Assembly (NCBI RefSeq): GCF_030028105.1
Contig: NC_092375.1
Coordinates: forward strand, 44,057,130-44,121,129
Direction of reading: 5' to 3'
Length of the DNA stretch: 64,000 nt
Source: Mobula birostris
Taxonomy: Eukaryota
Part shown: piece by piece, positions 62,474-64,000 of the stretch
How positions within the stretch are numbered: position 1 is the first letter of the stretch
Layout: each line of letters starts with the position of its first letter
Notes under the pieces: generated by a model
What the model saw: the letters and a program-made list of their open reading frames with translations, nothing else
The model's database searches: none
Told to the model about the DNA's origin: nothing
Made by a program: the position numbers and the translations under genes

Positions 62474-62815
62474 CCCAAACAGGCAGATGAACAACTGCTT
62501 TTCCATATCCACCATCAGTGCTAACAAACAACATGTAATCTCCTTCATCCCAAAGATTAACATTCTTCAATGTAAGAAATGCTTTGCCGTTATTGATTGA
62601 ATTTTCATCAACTTGAATTCTTTTTGAGTAGTTGGCATGCTGGTTGCTGAAATCACTTTTACTTTCTTTGTACTCATATAAAATTTCAGAGCCAGGATTC
62701 TTCTCCCATTTCACTGCTGGAGTACATTGGCCATTGCAATCAAATGAACACTCGAAGGTGACAGATCCTCCAATTTCTGCAGCTGGTTCCTGCTCACACT
62801 CAACTCTGAATGCAC
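62474..62815 (-). CDS. Butyrophilin/B7-family IgV exon (B7-H4/HHLA2/BTN-like) lacking the F-strand Cys
   Basis: AFRVECEQ...GGSVTFECSF...VKWEK...QHANYSKRIQV...NGKAFLTLKNVNLWDEGDYMLFV; acceptor tatcctttattcag|GT, donor G|gtatgc, phase 1-1, 342 nt. Confidence 0.9.
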
Positions 62816-64000
62816 CTGAATAAAGGATAGAAATAGTTATAAACAAAACCTTCTCGAAAAAAAAAATTCAAACGTTCACTTACGTTTCAGCTGATCAGCT
62901 TTTCTATTGTTAACACAAGTCTGAAAAAGGTATATTTTTCCACTTACAAATTGCTTTCAGAAAATTCCTTGCCTGATATTCATCTCACTTTAAGAACTTG
63001 GGCAATGGACGAGGATGGTCTGCAGAATTTTCCAGTTTCTCCAATTTGATTGATTCCATTTATCTTTAAAAAGTTAATTGTATCCATCCAACACCTTCTT
63101 GTCTAAATATTAGTCTGTACTTTGCTGGGTTTTAACATTACACTGTTGCACTCACATTTATAATTTACAGGATGTTTTCTATGCTACAGAAGAACACTGC
63201 TCCCAGCAGATCTAACTTGCACAAAATCATCACTCTGCTTGAACAAAAGTTGGATAAGAATTACTACAAAACCTCATGGCATGATTGGAGTCTGATCTGG
63301 AAATTCTAGGACTCTACTGACTTTGAGCCCATGTCCTTGTGCTGACAATTTAAAACTTCACCCAATCAGTTTGTCTGAAAAGGGACCACAAATCCACAGT
63401 TTCAATTCACTTGACTGTCCACATCCTTTCGTTTCATTTCTGTCACAGGCTATAATAAAAATCAAACAGGGCAATATTCTGTATTTTCAGTTTGTTAATA
63501 ACATGGCTTTGCATTGTTGTTATATTTTGCAATTTGTTTTGAGTCATGGCCAGATTTCTTGAGGTATAGTAACATTCCCTATGGGTTTGAGAGTTGGATT
63601 CAGAAAGGGTTGAAAAATATGCAGTCTAAGAACATAACCTGTTGTCCTATCAGGTTGGAATGACAATTGACCACTGTTAAAATCCTGATCACTGAATTTT
63701 TAGATATTTAGCAATAAAACTAATAATTGTCATGTTAAACTGCTAAGCTTAACAACAAGGATCTCTACCACAGCCTCAATATAAATTGACCCAGTTGATT
63801 CCATAAGCTGACAATATGGAAAATAAACTGTTTAAGGTAATGTGGTATTATGATTACAAACTTAACAGTCTATTAGGTAGAAATAAAACCACAGATCTCT
63901 TAAAACTCCAACTGAAATTTTCACACATTAACAAAATTTGAATGCTTGCCCTGGGCCTTTCAATACCAGCTTTGGCAGAATTATGTTGTCACTTACTTAT

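Noticed and set aside
58888-62815. Assignment as B7-H6 (NCR3LG1)
   Set aside because: The C exon has the BTN-type CxSxGWYP signature and the V domain looks more like B7-H4/HHLA2/BTN; no symbol can be given without phylogeny.
62884-63290. Leader-exon candidates for the BTN/B7 gene (gtaagt donors at 62883 and 62947; GFVVILIQLLF near 63260)
   Set aside because: Each has an in-frame stop, lacks an ATG, needs a frameshift or lacks a donor.

Overview
Repeat-rich vertebrate genomic DNA, inferred to be from a cartilaginous fish, probably a batoid ray. The basis is HER1/CR1-type LINEs, HE1-like SINEs, Rex1/Babar LINEs, Penelope-like remnants, Tc1/Tigger, hAT and Gypsy-type solo LTRs; no database search was possible. 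Most six-frame ORFs are transposon fragments or their antisense frames. Real host-gene signal lies on the minus strand. (1) A compact non-rearranging VJ-type Ig-superfamily receptor most like NKp30/NCR3: leader 30905-30935, V exon 30449-30799. It has two phase-compatible transmembrane exon candidates, an uncharged one at 30229-30323 and an Arg-containing NKp30-like one 19.5 kb away at 10849-10959. (2) A butyrophilin/B7-family gene: IgV 62474-62815, which lacks the canonical F-strand Cys, and IgC 58888-59157. The long intron of gene 1 holds a ~4.98-kb unit repeated three times, whose middle copy is a mosaic of the outer two. Other notable structures: a perfect 196-bp spacerless palindrome with a 15-bp TSD carrying a minimal hammerhead-ribozyme core on each strand; a nested hAT element with an exact 8-bp TSD; a head-to-head pair of solo LTRs; a 57-bp minisatellite with a 3-mer higher-order repeat; and an ISRE-like promoter near 2.6 kb. 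All exon models were read by eye from splice signals and reading phase and are not backed by transcript data.
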